Shown: positions 29,837-44,368, numbered from the stretch's first letter. The stretch: DNA of 50,025 bases from Spirogloea muscicola (GCA_009602725.1 WELB01000012.1:1052125-1102149); one strand, 5' to 3'. The notes: a model not told the origin generated them from the sequence alone. Numbers and translations: made by a program.

Positions 29837-32581
29837 ACCAATGTCCACACCTTATCAGCTACAGTTGAGGGCTCTTGTAGGGCAGGCGCAGCACAATTGG
29901 CACCACTTGGGGCATTGCCTGCAGGGCATTGCGCAGCAGCTGGAATTGCAAGATCGTTACTTGCAGGCTGAGAACCTTGCCAATCAGCAAGCCAGGGCCC
30001 AAGCACAGCAAAACCTCCAAGCTCCTCCGCAGCAAGCTTCCCTCTCACAGGGCAGCCCAGCGAATGTCAACGCCGGTTAGTCTGTGACTGCTGCACTTAG
30101 GCAGCCTCTCGTCCTGCCAGGCTGTTGAAGTTGCAAAGCTTCCACATGCTAATCTGACACCAATCGTTCAATGGGGTTGCTGTCACCCGCTCTTTGAGCC
30201 GCTTAACGAAGCCAGCCCATGCCTGTGCCGGCTTCTGAGTTACCATTTTGCAATGTTTGTACTTGTGGCTCGCTAGAGCTGGCTGATGGTCCTATGTCTT
30301 CCCCCTATACAGGTGAGAGCACAAAAGACCCTCCTCAAGCCTCCCAGCAGCAACTTCCAAGCACAGAGGAGGAAGAGCTAGACGAGGAATTTGTCACCCT
30401 CATTGGTCAAACTGTGGAACGACTTGCAGCCCAACTTCGCCCTGACGAGCAAGTATTCTTCTGGAGTCTGGACTTGGCTTGCCCTTATCAGTCGTCAGCT
30501 ATTAAGGGCAATGCTGGTGGCCTTTGTCAACTTATTTAGTAGTGATAATTACATTAATTAGTGACTGACATGATGTTTCTGCAGCAGGTCTACCGCAGCA
30601 GGCACACGGATAGCAATCGACCTTGCAGAATCTAATATAGTATCTATACATTTGTTCAGGTTTCAAAGTTTGCATCTGTCCAAACAAGGACCACTTGTCA
30701 TGAAGTCATGCACTCCTCTGAAGCACTGCGCCTTTTGTTTTATGGTCTTCAGCAGTTAGCGCAATCCATGTCTGAGCCGGCAAGGCAGGCTGCAGGGGCT
30801 GCACCTCCAGAAGCTGGGGCACAGAGATCGCCTCCAAGCCTTTCCAGTGGGCAAGTTCCTGGGTCATCAGAGCGGCAAAAGCAACTGGCTGGCTCCTCAG
30901 CTGACCGTCAACAAGCCCAGAGTGGGCCATCACCTGCCACCATGGGCGCCATCTTTGACCCACTTTCAGACTACGTGCAACGGAAGGGTTATCATACTGT
31001 GAGTAGCCAGCAGTGAATTGTCACTAATCGTATATTGTGCGCTTGGCTTGGCCTGCTAGGGAGATTCATTGTATCAGATTGAGAAGGTGATCAGCAGCAC
31101 CCGTGCCGCTATATATGTTGGAGACATGGCAAACTAGCACTTGAGGCTCAAATCCTCCAGGATGCATAACCCGCTGTTGTGCAGGATGGAGGAGAGCCGT
31201 CTGACATTGGTCGCCAAGTAGTTCAGATGGTACCTAAGGTGGCCAAGGTATGTGATGTTGCAAGCAAAGATGAGTCCCCTTGCTTGTTGATAGCTGTGTT
31301 GCCTTCTAGTGGGAGCTGCTCCATGAGCACCTCTCTACCTTGCTGGAATATGTAACGTTCACTCTGCCATGATGCAGATTGCAAGCATCACATACAACGT
31401 CATGGCAGTACACAAGTTGCTGGTACCAGCCTTGGTACCAGATTGACGTCTTTGACTTGCGAGAATTTGCCCACTCTTCCCACTGTGCAGGCCCTTGAGC
31501 TACTTGGTTTTAAGAACCTCTCGGATAGAGGCATGCTGATGCAGAGACCACAGCCTCCACATCAAGCAGCGCATCCATCATCAGCATCACCATCAGAATC
31601 ACAACCTGCAGTGGAGCCTGTGAGAGAGGTACTAGACATCAAGGTTTCTCTTACCGTGTCTCTGCAAAGTCATGGATGTTTGTAGTGGAGACTCAATACA
31701 TGCTTACAGCAGCTCTTCGCTTGCAGATTGCCAGAGAAGCTGAAGGGCAAGTACACTGCAACAGTATACCATTGGTGAGCTCTTCACAGGATGGACGGTC
31801 CAATAGCACTTCCATAAAGCGCCAGAAAGTGAGACTTGGCTGTGATCTCTTCTTGTGTCTCCTGTACACCATGAGATTGGTGTATCAAGCTTTGATCAAC
31901 TGTATGTGATAGCAATTTCTGGGATTCAAGCTGTGAGTACGAGTGAGCTTTGTTTGGCTTTTAGATAATCACCTTATGTGGCATGTTCAGGTTGGGCTTG
32001 GGGGAGGATCAGACGCAGGACTCATGGATGATGCACATGCAGCTCCAAATATAGCTGATGGTGACGTTAAAGACAGCCATGTTGGTGCTGATTACCAAGT
32101 CCAAGCAGATGGACAACATGAGGTCCACAACTGTCCCACTTTTGTCCTCCAACACCTAATTAGCTGTTAGATTTCTCCTTTTTTTCATTGTTATTAGTTT
32201 GTACAATTGCATCCTTTTCAGGTATACTGTAATTAGATGGTAATGTGTGAGACATTTTACAGGGTTCCACTTCCAGCTCAGTGCGTAGCATTGCCGTTGG
32301 TTTGGGCATAAGGCGTTGTCCATTGTTGATTGCGTGGACACTGACAAGATGATGTGCTCTTGTAGTATATAGTTGTGTGAGTAGCAGAGCAAATACTATT
32401 TCTGCATGCTTCTGTCTGCCACCTTTGTTTCTGACATTATGCATATGTGGACGCTCCTTGGCATGACCTGCCAGCGCAGGTTGCTGCTGGGCTCCCCAGC
32501 GACAGTGAGGCCCTCGAGCCCTTCGCAGTTGCAACCAACCAGACACCTCAGGCGCACTCGAAGCCAGATGGAGGATCCTGA
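26180..32581 (+). CDS. N-terminal ubiquitin-like domain protein, BAG6/Scythe/CIP73-like, multi-exon with a Q-rich middle region
   Basis: Exons 26180-26296, ~26546-26662 and ~26851-26933 give VEIRVKTLGAEEYILRVDRRIAVHALKERIAAVANVPPPLQRLICKGKVLKDEQFLSDFGIDDGHTLHLVTRP. Many further GT-AG exons follow. The last inferred exon is 32480-32581 (VAAGLPSD...PDGGS*). Internal exon structure is approximate. Confidence 0.78.
29616..29834 (+). repeat. Coding (QA)n hexamer repeat and (CAG)n polyglutamine tract
   Basis: (CAGGCT/CAAGCC)n at 29616-29690 and (CAG)n at ~29799-29834, both inside the BAG6-like exon (ORF 29517-30080). Confidence 0.9.
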
Positions 32582-33469
32582 ATAGATATCCACAATTGCG
32601 AGATTTGCAAGGAAAGGGATGCGGTCAACATTGTCCCTCAACTTAGCCATCACATTACAAGCAGACAGAAGCACATGTTAGCTTGACCATGTCCTTAGCT
32701 GTGCCAGACATGAGAGGTCGTGTGGGATACACCACTGACCACTTTTTGACCTTACAATTACAATTGAGTTGGAGAACTTCTAATAGAATGACAGCTTATA
32801 TCTGAAGAAGGAGGCTGTGATTGTTTGTGAGCTTGCACAGGAAGGAGGGCAAGCGAACGATGTCCACGATGCTTGCTTGTTCACCTATTTGTAAAGGTGA
32901 CTATAGCAGTCAAGGCGCTGCAAGGCTGGAATTGGAGCCTCACATTGATCTGAATGATATAGCATGCAAGCACGAGCGTTGATCAGCCATAAGCAGCTGG
33001 ATCGGAGTCTGCGCGAGCCAGCATTGCTACAGTCGCAAAGATGGAAGGATCAACCACGTCAGGGGCTTGGAGCTTTGGCACAGATGCGAAGAGAGGCTGC
33101 TACTAGCCAATGTGGCAGCCACTGGCCGCGGGGTATCTCCACCTCTTGATGCTTGCAGGCATAGAGTGGAAGCTAGACTTGGGCACTGGAAGAGCAACAA
33201 GTCAAGACGGCAGCAAAGCAGACAGACTCTCTCCCAGCCTGTGTGGGGCCAGTTACGGTAAGTTGCCTGCGGCAGCGGCTTCTCAAGCGTGGGCGGGGGG
33301 GCCCCAAGGGACGCATTTTGCGGCACCGCTGCTAGGATGAAGGTGGCGACTGCTCTAGAGCTCAGCCCCAGGTGTGCGCAGATTTTGGGTGTAGCCTGGC
33401 CGCTGCAGTTTCCTAATTGTGGCATGAGTATTGTGCTTGGCATGAGTAAGCGCACATGAAGAGAGGCAA

Positions 33470-33815
33470 AGCTGAGCCAGAGAAATTGGATTGGGGCCAA
33501 GTGGGCTGTCAAGGAACGAAGTGGCTCTCCACAGAAGGTAGGGGCTGGGAAAGGCCAGCTCAAAAAGGAAGGACAAGGTCCAAAGAGCCGAAAGGCGCCT
33601 AAAGCACACAGCTATGCATAAGACTACCGCAGATGAGAGCTTGGTAACCACGACTTAGCAGCAGCAAGTCCGAGTAACTCGCAGCTGGGAAAGAGGAGGG
33701 CCACTCATTAGTTCTTACTTAGTTGTTAAGCACTTTCCGGCCCCTCCGGAATTTGTCCCCATTTTCGGGCTGACTTTTCACAGCCCTCACCCCCATTGGA
33801 TGAGCTTACTCTCAC
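33470..33815. mobile_element. Two diverged CRE-like 3'-end fragments in opposite orientations
   Basis: The minus strand at ~33640-33690 reads AASYSDLLLLSRGY followed by the 3' UTR module. The plus strand at 33735-33815 has TTTCGGGCTGACTTTTCACAGCCCTCACCCCCATTGGATGAGCTT. Confidence 0.7.
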
Positions 33816-34228
33816 TCAACAGAAGGTGACTTCAGCCTGCAGCTGCGGCGGCCTTCACGCAGTGCCCGACCATGGCTTTGTATGGCTTTGCTGTAGTCTG
33901 TGGGGCAGAAGGCAACCGCTTTTTCCAGACTCTTTGGTCAATGGATACATTGCGGATATGTACGCGTGAACCAACACAGGTTGGTGGATGTACAGATGCC
34001 GCATGTGTGTTACATTCCAAACGGGGAGACGGCGTTACGATGGTGTCTGGCCTAAACCGTTTTGCATGACTACTCGCTAAGTGATCCTAGTGAGTGAGTC
34101 GGATGCCAATTAGACGACCGGATTTGCATCCACTCCATCTCCAGCTGTCGGGTAACGGCTTTCCCGCCCCGCCCGACGTCGGTTTCGAATCGAGGCGCCG
34201 CCGCCGCCGCCCGCCGCCGCTGCCTTCG

Positions 34229-34259
<31 letters not shown>

Positions 34260-35440
34260 CGCAGCCGCCGCCGGCGGCAAGACCGGCGAAGCAGTCCTGC
34301 TTTGAGCGGGCTTTGGAACGCGGCCTCCAAGGGGCTCGTCTCTCGGCCTCCCTGCCGTCTGCCCGACTCGAGGCTCGTCTGGCTGGCGGCTCGTGGCCGG
34401 CAGGCCGATGCATCCGCCCCTCGCGCTGCACAAGCACCCCCGCTGCGCCGACGTGAGGCCTTCCCACGAGCCCGCCGCTGTGATGCCCAGTCCCAAACGA
34501 GCTCACGAGTNGCCGCCGCCGCTGCGGTGCCGGCCGTGGCGGCGGCAGCGGCGGCGCCGCCCTGCCAAGGCATCGCCGCCTGCTCTTAAGCCGCGGAGAG
34601 TCCGCTGCAAGCGACCAGGGATCGAATCTCCGACCTGCGCCTGCTGTTGCCAGTTGCCGAGCCCATGAGACTTACTCGCTGCCAGTGGACTGGCCGGCAA
34701 TGTGTGCTGGTGGCTCCGCCACTCGCCCTACTTTGGCCAAGAGCTCAGTGAGAGCTGCCCACACTGGCGGCGTTGAACTGGCTCAGGTGCCGAAGAGCTT
34801 CAGATCAGGCAGCACCGAGAGTCCTCGCGTTCACGCATGAGACTGCGGTGATGAGCAAAGCTGGCACCCGGTGTCCAGCGTTCAGTGCCGACTGTGCTGG
34901 GACATTATTAGAGGTCTTTCATTCGAGCTAAGCAGGTGCTTGGGCACTTGGTGACTGCTCTCGCTGATCTGCTTTGGCGGGACTTATGCAAACGCGCTGT
35001 CCCCGCTGCAAAAGCTTGCCAATAAGTAATGGTGACTGCACGGCAATGCACATGCCTCCTGCCCAGCAGCCAGCATAGATGACTACCACCAGGACTGACC
35101 ACCTCAAGACCTGGCAATGCTACGTAATATTACGGGATTTGTCCCTGTTTGTTGGAGAGTCAGCTGTGGTGCGGCATTACATTGCATACAGGCAAGCGAG
35201 CATCGGCCCCGGCTGGGTGCAGTGAGGGCTGCCACTACCATCAGCACGTAAAGTCCTGGTCACGAGCAGGAGGTGCATATGCCTGCCTCTGGTCTCCAAT
35301 AGAGATTCTTGAAAATTCGGGGTCAGATACAATGGGGACTAAAAGAGCCCTTGGAACCTGTGACAAGGTCAAAATAAGGTCTAACGACTGACGGCCATGT
35401 CAATGTGTCTAGTCGAGGTCAAGGAGCTCACTGACACGGC

Positions 35441-38400
35441 TCACGAGCTGCTAGCACTACGAAGTTTTCCAGGGCTGGCCAAGCTCGTCAACCTCTGGCT
35501 CTCGCTGGCAATGAGCAAGGGCCGGAGCTCAGTCTCCAGTACTGACAGCATGTCCTTGTACTGGGCAGCATTAGCCTGTGCCTGCATTTGCATAATGCCA
35601 ATTTCAACAAATTTTGGCAGCTGTGAGAACTAGACCCAGCATACATGCACTTGATGTTTCAATAGCTGCATTGTAGGTGTGCACTTTGCCACAACAGCCA
35701 CAATGACATCGTGACTAAGAAAGCTCAGATTCCCCTGAAAGACAGCAAGGCTAGCATCGCAGGACTACCATCCCCAAAGAAAGTGTTGTGCTGGCTGATG
35801 CATGTTGAAATCCACTGGACTGTCGGGATAAAAGGAGGGTATGGAACGCAGTTTGCCAGTACCAGCAGCGTGGTGCTGAAGGCACGGAAAAGCTTGAGAT
35901 CACTACGAAACAACTCCAAAAGTATCTGCAAACAAGTCAAGAATATCAATTGCCAGCCTCACTCTCTGCAAATGTGGATTGCCCAATACTAGCATGATGC
36001 AGAGCTTGAAGCAACAACACAAGCTCAATCTCCTTCTTTGTTGGAGTAGAGGAGCCCAGACATGCATACACTCACTCTTTTGGCTGACGTACTTCTGAAG
36101 CATCCACCTACCTCTATGCGCTGTAAAAGGGTTGCGAGCACAATGGTCCACTCGTGAAAGCTAGCCGCCCTCATGTGGTTCAAAACGAACTCGGCATCTA
36201 GTCTGGCTCGCGGAGAATTTGTGCGGAGCTGCAAACGGAGATGCAGACCTGTATTGCTCAACCATCCTGCCTATGAAAGGCCGGTGGCAGGCACAGAGCC
36301 ACAAAGAGATATAAGTCTGCCCAACAAGAGGCAGTCGGAGAACTACCTTGCTGTATACAAGGCGAAGAGCTGTTGGGAAGTCTTCTAATCGTGCACTCCT
36401 TCCTTTCTCTGTTCGCAGGAACTCCTGCACCAGGTGCAAGACACTTTCAAATCATATTCAGTGACGCTTCTCTGGAGACCACAAGTTGGCAGTAATCTAC
36501 TAATGCACGTGATACAGACAGAAGGTCTAACAACGTCGCCAGATGCTGTTGGTGATCTTAGAATATGGATACAAGGTGCTGCAATAGGGGCACGTCAGGT
36601 AGCTCTATGATTACTCAACATCTGCACCAGAGACATACATCAAGCTCAAACTGCGTGCCCCTGGCAAACGCTACGAGCTCGTGCAGGTCCTTCTGCCGAA
36701 GTAGGAGAAGAGCATGATCGCCTAGGATGTTCTTCACAGTAGCATGTAAGACATCTGCTCTCAACTGAGGGGCCCTGCAAGATAACCAAGCCACTCTTGC
36801 ACGTCAATGTTGCAATAGGCAGGTTGTGAGCCTCCCGCTAATGATCTGCGAACTTGTCAGGCAACATGACTAGGAGAGCATGATCAAGTGGCAAGAGTCG
36901 TGTACGTTGTGGTGAAACCGAAGGAGAAGAATGACTTCAGCAGATGATCTGAGCCGCCATCCGCTTCCTTAGCTGTGCTGCTGTACTCTCTCCCAGATCG
37001 TAAAAGGAAGCGAACCTGATGAGACTTGGTCATGCGAATATAAGGACTTGCCAGTTGTAGCCACCGGTGAACCCTAGCTCAACCAGGGTATGAGGATTCC
37101 TTCGCATGTATGTTGGGTGCTGTGCTCAGTAACAGCTAACTGCTTCGATATGTCACTTTGTACGCTTGAACGTAGCAGTCAACTTGTGATCCTCATTGGG
37201 AAATCAACTAATTTCCGTCAGGTACTAAGGCCAATAAACACCAAGAGATTGATATGGCTACTGAACGTAAAGCTGACATATCTCTTTGAGCTGTAAGGGA
37301 CAACTGCTCACCAGCTCTCCTGCAAGTTCATACATGCCCACAGACAGCGTAGCCTGCACACAGGAGCGTCAATGATGAGACCTCTAGTCAGCATCTCTAG
37401 TAGCAGCCTTGGCTCTGAAACATGCAAGCTGAAACGACACGATGCACTTTGCTTCTAGGAGAAACCCTGTGCTGCACGAAGCTGTACCTGAAGCAAGCGC
37501 AGAGCATTCTGCTGGCCTATTGTTGGCCCCTCCAACTTCTCAATCACCTATTTCAGCAATATGATCACCTTCAGCCCTAAGCGATGGGCTGGCAGAATAC
37601 ATGAGCATTTCTGCAGCTACTCATCAGTTGCTGAAAGGATGGATGCACGCATTTGGCTTCCAATGCACAATGCAGCTCCGCACAGAAGACAGATTGAGCT
37701 TGCAGATTCGAAAGATGTGAAGCAGGTCTTGACTAAGAGCAGGCAGTTTAGACCAGGATATAGCAGGTCGCTGTTCGGTATTGTCTCTTGGCAAAGCATT
37801 CTTCAAAGAGACTGCAAACAACAGCATGCAGCTCTCTCAAAAACTTACGAACTTTGTTAGACACCCTCCTCAGCAGGTACACACAGTCTATCGTGACCTT
37901 CTCATGATAGACTGTGACTGCAAGCAGGGGAACAATGCTCCTAGCAGAAGAATACATGCTTACAAGATTAGATTACAAGGAAAGATTAGCTACAGATTCA
38001 GATTGCGATGTGATCTGAGGTATGTGAAGTTCATGGGCGACATACTCTGTGCTCTTGCCAGCAGAAGCAAACAGCTCTTGCCAATGGCGCCCGTCCGTTT
38101 TCCGAGCAACACTGACAACAACATCGAGATACTCCGGAAAATGACGAATTAACTCACAAGCGCGATCCAACATCGTGGGGCCTCGCTTCTCTTTCCTCCT
38201 CTTCCTAAGCACCGGACTGCATACGTCAAAAGACATGGATTGCCACTGAGCCATCTGATCTTTGCCATGTTAGCAGCAAACAAGAAGATACATTATTCTA
38301 CTCATATATCTTGGAGTCAGTAAGTACTTAAGAATTCCTCAACGAAGTGTACAGGGATAAGCAGACATGACATCCTAAGCAATCCTCTAATCCAAGAGAC

Positions 38401-41400
38401 CCATGAATACCAATGTACATACTTTGTCATCTCCGCGTCAAAAACCGTGAAGAGAAGCCATTCAAGTGAATGAGAAAAATGTGGCCGATCGGCAGATAGC
38501 TGGGCTAATTCCACAGCCTCGTCTATTTTATTTCTCTGTGAAAGACAACTGGCAGTGTCTCATAATGTGCAGAAGTCCGTCCTATCACATTACTACCATA
38601 CTGACAAGCATTCTTTTTCATGGAAAAAGCTCATTTTCTGACCATTTCTATGCAAACCTGTGAAACAGACTAACGCAAAGACATCAAATTTGCTCATCTG
38701 CACACCAGAGTAATTACCTACAAAGCTTGATCTAGCTGCTTGAGTAACAAGCACTACTATGCAGGCAGGAGCAGACTGAATTCTCCAACTAAAGATCTGA
38801 CACCAACATCAATCGCATTGCAACAAATATTCACAAGACTGCACCCAAATTGTTGGTAATCAGATTGGTGACTGCCATTGGATATGACGTGCAGATGAGC
38901 ACCTGCAGCAGATGACGTAGAAGACAGGGAAGGATAGGTTGAGCTTTGGGTATGGGTTCAAAACAAGGCATATCTGCACATGCTGACAAGGAAAGCCTCT
39001 GGGATATGCCGACTATAACACCAGCAGCAGGCGAAACTCCAACTGGGTACACTTCCCGGTCGAAGTCAAGCTCAGGGTCCAACTGAGATGGTCCTCACGG
39101 CCAGAAGGAGCAACCAACCATTAGTCAGAGTCAGCAGATCCTTATTACACTGTGATGCCTTGATGACCAACTTTCATTTCATATACATGGGCTTGGATCT
39201 GACATTACAGTCTCTTCCAGACAAGTACCTGCTGCAGGCTAGCAGAATGAGCAGACGTATCTGCATCTGACGATGGATACCAGACCTGCACAAGAGCAGT
39301 AGCCTTAATCACATCAACCAGACACTCTGGTCACCAGAGCTTCAACCCCACTGAGACGATGCAGATTGTAGATGCAATACCACTGTCAAACACATGAGAC
39401 AATCTGAAAAGTCTAGCTTATGCTAGAAAATGTTGACATTACCTGCATGCCACGATGCCCATAAGCCCACCAAGGTACTTCCTCAATGAGAGCAGCTTCT
39501 TCTTCTGGCCGTCCCTGAGTGAGCCAGAAATGCTCAATGCCAAGGACTAGAGGCCTCTCGGAACCTCTCTCAAGGTCTAGTAGTGAAAGTTCACCGTCCA
39601 TCCGAAGTAACATGCATCTGCAGTGCTCAAATGGTTGGCATGACAAATGTGTGTCAATGACGTGCAGGAATTTGTCAACCACAATAACCACAGTCAGGAC
39701 TGCTCCTGCTAAGTTGGGGTAGATTTGCTGAATTTCAAATATTGATAATGCTACAAAGGTCATGCCACTAAGCACATGAGCAGCTCCGTAGCCTGAGATG
39801 CAGATGAGCAGTACCTAGTAGGCTGCCTCTGCACTGCCTCCTCAGTTGGTGTAAAACCATCTGACTTAGAAGCTCCAGAATTCGGCACAAACTGCATGGC
39901 TACCAGGGGCTTCTTGGCACTCATTATTGATAGCTCCCGTACCGTGGTCAACTGCACATTGCAATTTGTATTGCTATGAGAGACACAGCGAGTACCACGC
40001 ACCAGGATCTGCATTGAGATATTTGTGTAAAATGCTGAGCTTACAAGACTTGTGCAACCCTCGATCCTAATTAAGAGATGCGATGCACACACTGATCGTC
40101 CAAGAAAGTATATGCAAACCTGGACAGGCGGCGTCTTTAAGGGAGAAAGCTCTCCATCAATATGAACGTGAAAAACTCGTATTTCAAATGGCGGGGTTGC
40201 TATGAGTATGAAGTCCTGATAGGAGTCCATTGCAATAGGCTCATGTGGAAGAGGCTGACGATACAGAAGAGATGACTCATCCAAGTGGTAACGAGGGTAC
40301 AAACTTAGCTCGTACCTGCAGAGAAGTATGTCAGTAAGCTCAGGCTTCCATGAAGTGAACGAGTACAGCGGACACTGTCCTTACCTGCAACACCTGATGT
40401 ACGCGGCTACAAACACCGTCAAGCATGCAGCTCGAGATGTCCAAGCTTACGTGTTGGTGGCTTCTCGGTGGTTGCAGATGACAATGATCCTTCCAAGCCA
40501 AAGAAGGCCCATACACTTCAGCGCCCTCTCCTGAGAGACATCGCCAAACACCCTCCATCTCTTGTGCCTTAGATTGTACAAGATGAGGCCCCTTTGTCCA
40601 GCAATTGCCAGGTATGAACCATCATCATTTGCTGCAACATGACGCACCGGCCAATTGGACCGCATGTATGTTTGCTGCATGGTCGCAAAACCAAGTGTCC
40701 CAGAAGAGAAGGTCAGTGATTATTCGTGTTCTGCTTCACATAGCAGCCTGCTCACCAGCTTACACCAGTCAGCAGTCAGACATCATGACCCTTCCATCCT
40801 CCTATACAACGGTCAAGAGCTCCAATATGCTCTATTCATTCCAAATAAGAATGAGAAATGCAAATGATTGCTGGAGTCAAGCAGATGCTGGCCCCAAAGT
40901 CCTACATGCGTGATCATAAGCCATGAAGGTAAGCGACCTACTGGGATGACGAGATGTTGCAGTTTCAAGTCATCCTCCTCGTCACTTTGAATGAGTAAAA
41001 CCCTATCCTCTGCTTGCATCAGCTGCCAGACGTGAGCGCTGCCAGCTACAGCCCGATCCATGCAACCCCTGGCAAAGGGGAACTGTACAAGCCTCGAAGC
41101 AGTTTCCTGCTCCCCAGCAATGAGCTGGTATGCGTACTCTCCCCACGCCAGCTGTGCAACCCCTTGGACCATAGGTTCGGTGCTTTTTCTGGCTCCTCCA
41201 GGGCCACCAAGCACCACATTGCGAGGAGGGGAGTTCGGCACAACATTGCTCAAGCTGCCCTGCCGTATTGTGCACATAAGTCTGCATCCTGAGACTGACC
41301 ACACGGCCAACCCCCGCTGTCTCCAGCCCACTGCAAACACAGCATTGTCTGGTGACCAGCATATGCAACTTACAGCTCCCGTGTCCTCCACACCATAACT

Positions 41401-43592
41401 GTCATAGGACCAAGAGATGTGAAGAGGCATCGCCTGTCAGGCATCATCTGAGATTTACTTTCTATCTCAATTCAACCTTTGTAAATAGGGGCAGTGTTTG
41501 CCCAGGTCTTCTATGATTCCACTGGTATTGTCAAGTCTGCACTGCTAGGGCTTGCTAGCTGTACAGCAGTGGAAGAAAAGACTGCCTTGGTCTTGAGCAC
41601 GTACATTGTGCAGTGCTTACCCCCAGTCATGAAGGGAGATGGTCCGCAGGTGCGCTGCATTCTCAGCAAGATTGAAAAGTTCAACAGTGCCTCTCCGCGA
41701 GCCCACGGCCAAGACCTGCTGTTTTGCGGCCACTTGTGTGCAGACAGCATCCATGAGCCCTACCCACTTTTCGGGAACAATATCCTCCACTGGCCGCAAA
41801 CCCTTGTCACCAACCGAGCACAGGACTGCTCGACCATCCATCAACACTGCAACGAGCAGCCGGAGTGGCTCCGAGTACTCCAGCTGCGCAATGCCCATGT
41901 GAGACTCAAAGAGCCTCCCATTGCTAGTCGGCAGTACATGGGGCGAAAAGGGCGACATTGGTGTGCATGGTATGCCATTCGCTTCAAGCACATACATTGG
42001 GCCAATGACATCGCGCGAGTGTTCCCTCCAGAGGTTGGCTGAGCCTCGCAGCTGTTTCATTCAGACGGCCTGAGATGGTATAAGTCCTCAAGCCTCGATA
42101 ACATATACAGGACTCTAGGGTGTTCGAAGCTAGTGGATGCAATCATTATTAGCACTAGAGTGTTTGTGCCTTGCAGCCCTGTAGTATGTTGTGACCTTTG
42201 CTGCAGGCTAATAGTGATATGAACATATCACTATTAGCCTATCACTATCACTGATATGAACAAAAGGCAAAGATGGAGGGGATGATACCTGCCCCCTCCA
42301 GGAGACAATTTGCAGGTGTCCATTGGACTGGCCGAGTAGGATGTTGTCATCGTCGGCGGCCACACTTGTTCTGCAGCAAGAGAACTCAGAAGACAAAAGT
42401 TTGGCGGACAGTCTTCAATCAAGTACCCAGTCTGCCCCTAGGTAGAGCAAGTGAAACCTGTAGGTTGGAACAGAACACCAAGGCGCCAAGCTTTGAGGCG
42501 CCAAGCTTGCTAGCCCATAGTATTTGCCATACACATACCAACTACGCGACGAGGTCACAGTGAAGCTTGTGTGTGAATAGTCAGAGCAAGGTGCTTACAT
42601 TGAGATCTCTCCTCCACTGATTGGAAAGGTTGTGGCTGAGCGGAACTTGATCCGGACAAGCTTCACACCAGTGCCATCATGGCCTGCCAGATGCGGAAGC
42701 GATGCACGCTGGTCGATCCTGTTGATATCGTAGAAATGCAGCACATCTCCAGCAGTCTGCATGAAATGACACAACAGCTTGGCTCACTACCAGGACAAGG
42801 CAGTCGTGGAGCTGCACCTCAAATGCCACCAACACAGTAAGCTTCGTGCTGCCTTTATCCAACTCAAGGGATGACAAGCTAAATACAGTTGCCAGCTGCA
42901 TTACAATGCAGCGCAGGTTTTGACAGCATACAGCGGCTGGTGACCAGCTAATTGGACGGCGGCCGTGCTCATGCAGCTCCTCTGGTGCACCTCATGCAGC
43001 AGCTAAGCAGTTGAAGCACCCTTCAACACATTCAGGATGCTCTGCATAGGCTCTGGAGGTGGATGGAATGCTGAGCGTCTGCCATGACTCACCACAACGG
43101 CGAGAGTCTCAAGGCCATGGTTCCAGAATGCTTGACAACTCCCACCATCATCAGAAATTGACTTTTCTGACCGCACCAACTCGCCGAGCTTCACGCGATG
43201 CTGCCAGCCGTGCATAAGACATGCACATGTGGCAACAGACACAAGAGTGAGTTGAGAGGAAAGCACCAAGTGCGAGAGGAAGCAGCCAAGTGACTCAAGC
43301 GGTGGCCAGACAGTCTTGAAATCACCACTGCTGATACATGTCAATGTCCCTCTACTTACGGTTCTTTTCGCGTGCTGTGACGCTGGCTGAATTGAACGGA
43401 CAAAGCAGCGCCACACTGCAGAGACGCAAGCCAGCGTATGATCACCTGGCCAGCAGTCCAAACTTGGATGGTCGAGGACGAGACGATGACGAGGAGGCCG
43501 CCGCCGACGCTCACGTGCGCGAGGAGCTCGCCGTCGCCGCTGTCCCTCTCTATAGCCCTGAGGATCTTCGGCCAGCCATAAGCTATATACAT
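35441..43592 (-). CDS. RIC1: RIC1 (RAB6/Ypt6 GEF complex subunit; WD40 repeats plus RIC1 domain), many exons
   Basis: Starts MYIAYGWPK at 43592. Exons include WSPDNAVFAVGWRQRGLAVWSVSGCRLMCTIRQ, DPELDFDREVYPVG...QPILPCLLRHLL, FSHSLEWLLFTVFDAE, FPEYLDVVVSVARKTDGRHW, LFEECFAKRQYRTATCYILV and EWTIVLATLL. The last inferred exon is 35575-35441. Confidence 0.93.
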
Positions 43593-43924
43593 GATCTGCC
43601 GCTGCGAGCGCCCCTCTCCCGCTTCACCTGGCACTGGAGCCGGTTACCTCCTACAACCAGCCGCGGTCTAGCCGCGCCCTGGGGCGGTGACTATGTACTG
43701 CGTCCTCAGAGGGCGTCCACTGGCCTTGCTGCAGGTCCTTTCACGGCGGCGCAAGCTCCATAGGCCACCGCAGCCTCGTCCGCTAGCCAGGTCACGACGC
43801 CAAACCAGGTCTCCGGGCCGTGGCAGCCGCGCCTCCCGACGCTGCGCGCCTGTACCGCAGCCGGAGGCCGCCTCTCCTCGTCCCGCCAGCGGCGGCGGCT
43901 GCGGCGGCGGCGGCGGCGGCGGCG

Positions 43925-44368
43925 NNNNNNNNNNNNNNNNNNNNNNNNNNNNNNNNNNNNNNNNNNNNNNNNNNNNNNNNNNNNNNNNNNNNNNNNNNNN
44001 NNNNNNNNNNNNNNNNNNNNNNNNNNNNNNNNNNNNNNNNNNNNNNNNNNNNNNNNNNNNNNNNNNNNNNNNNNNNNNNNNNNNNNNNNNNNNNNNNNNN
44101 NNNNNNNNNNNNNNNNNNNNNNNNNNNNNNNNNNNNNNNNNNNNNNNNNNNNNNNNNNNNNNNNNNNNNNNNNNNNNNNNNNNNNNNNNNNNNNNNNNNN
44201 NNNNNNNNNNNNNNNNNNNNNNNNNNNNNNNNNNNNNNNNNNNNNNNNNNNNNNNNNNNNNNNNNNNNNNNNNNNNNNNNNNNNNNNNNNNNNNNNNNNN
44301 NNNNNNNNNNNNNNNNNNNNNNNNNNNNNNNNNNNNNNNNNNNNNNNNNNNNNNNNNNNNNNNNNNNN
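43925..44368. other. Assembly gap between the divergent RIC1 and aminotransferase-like genes
   Basis: N run preceded by (GGC)n. Confidence 0.99.

Noticed and set aside
34180..34195. GGTTTCGAATCG as a tRNA T-loop or Pol III B-box
   Set aside because: The match is imperfect and I could not build a cloverleaf or find an A-box.
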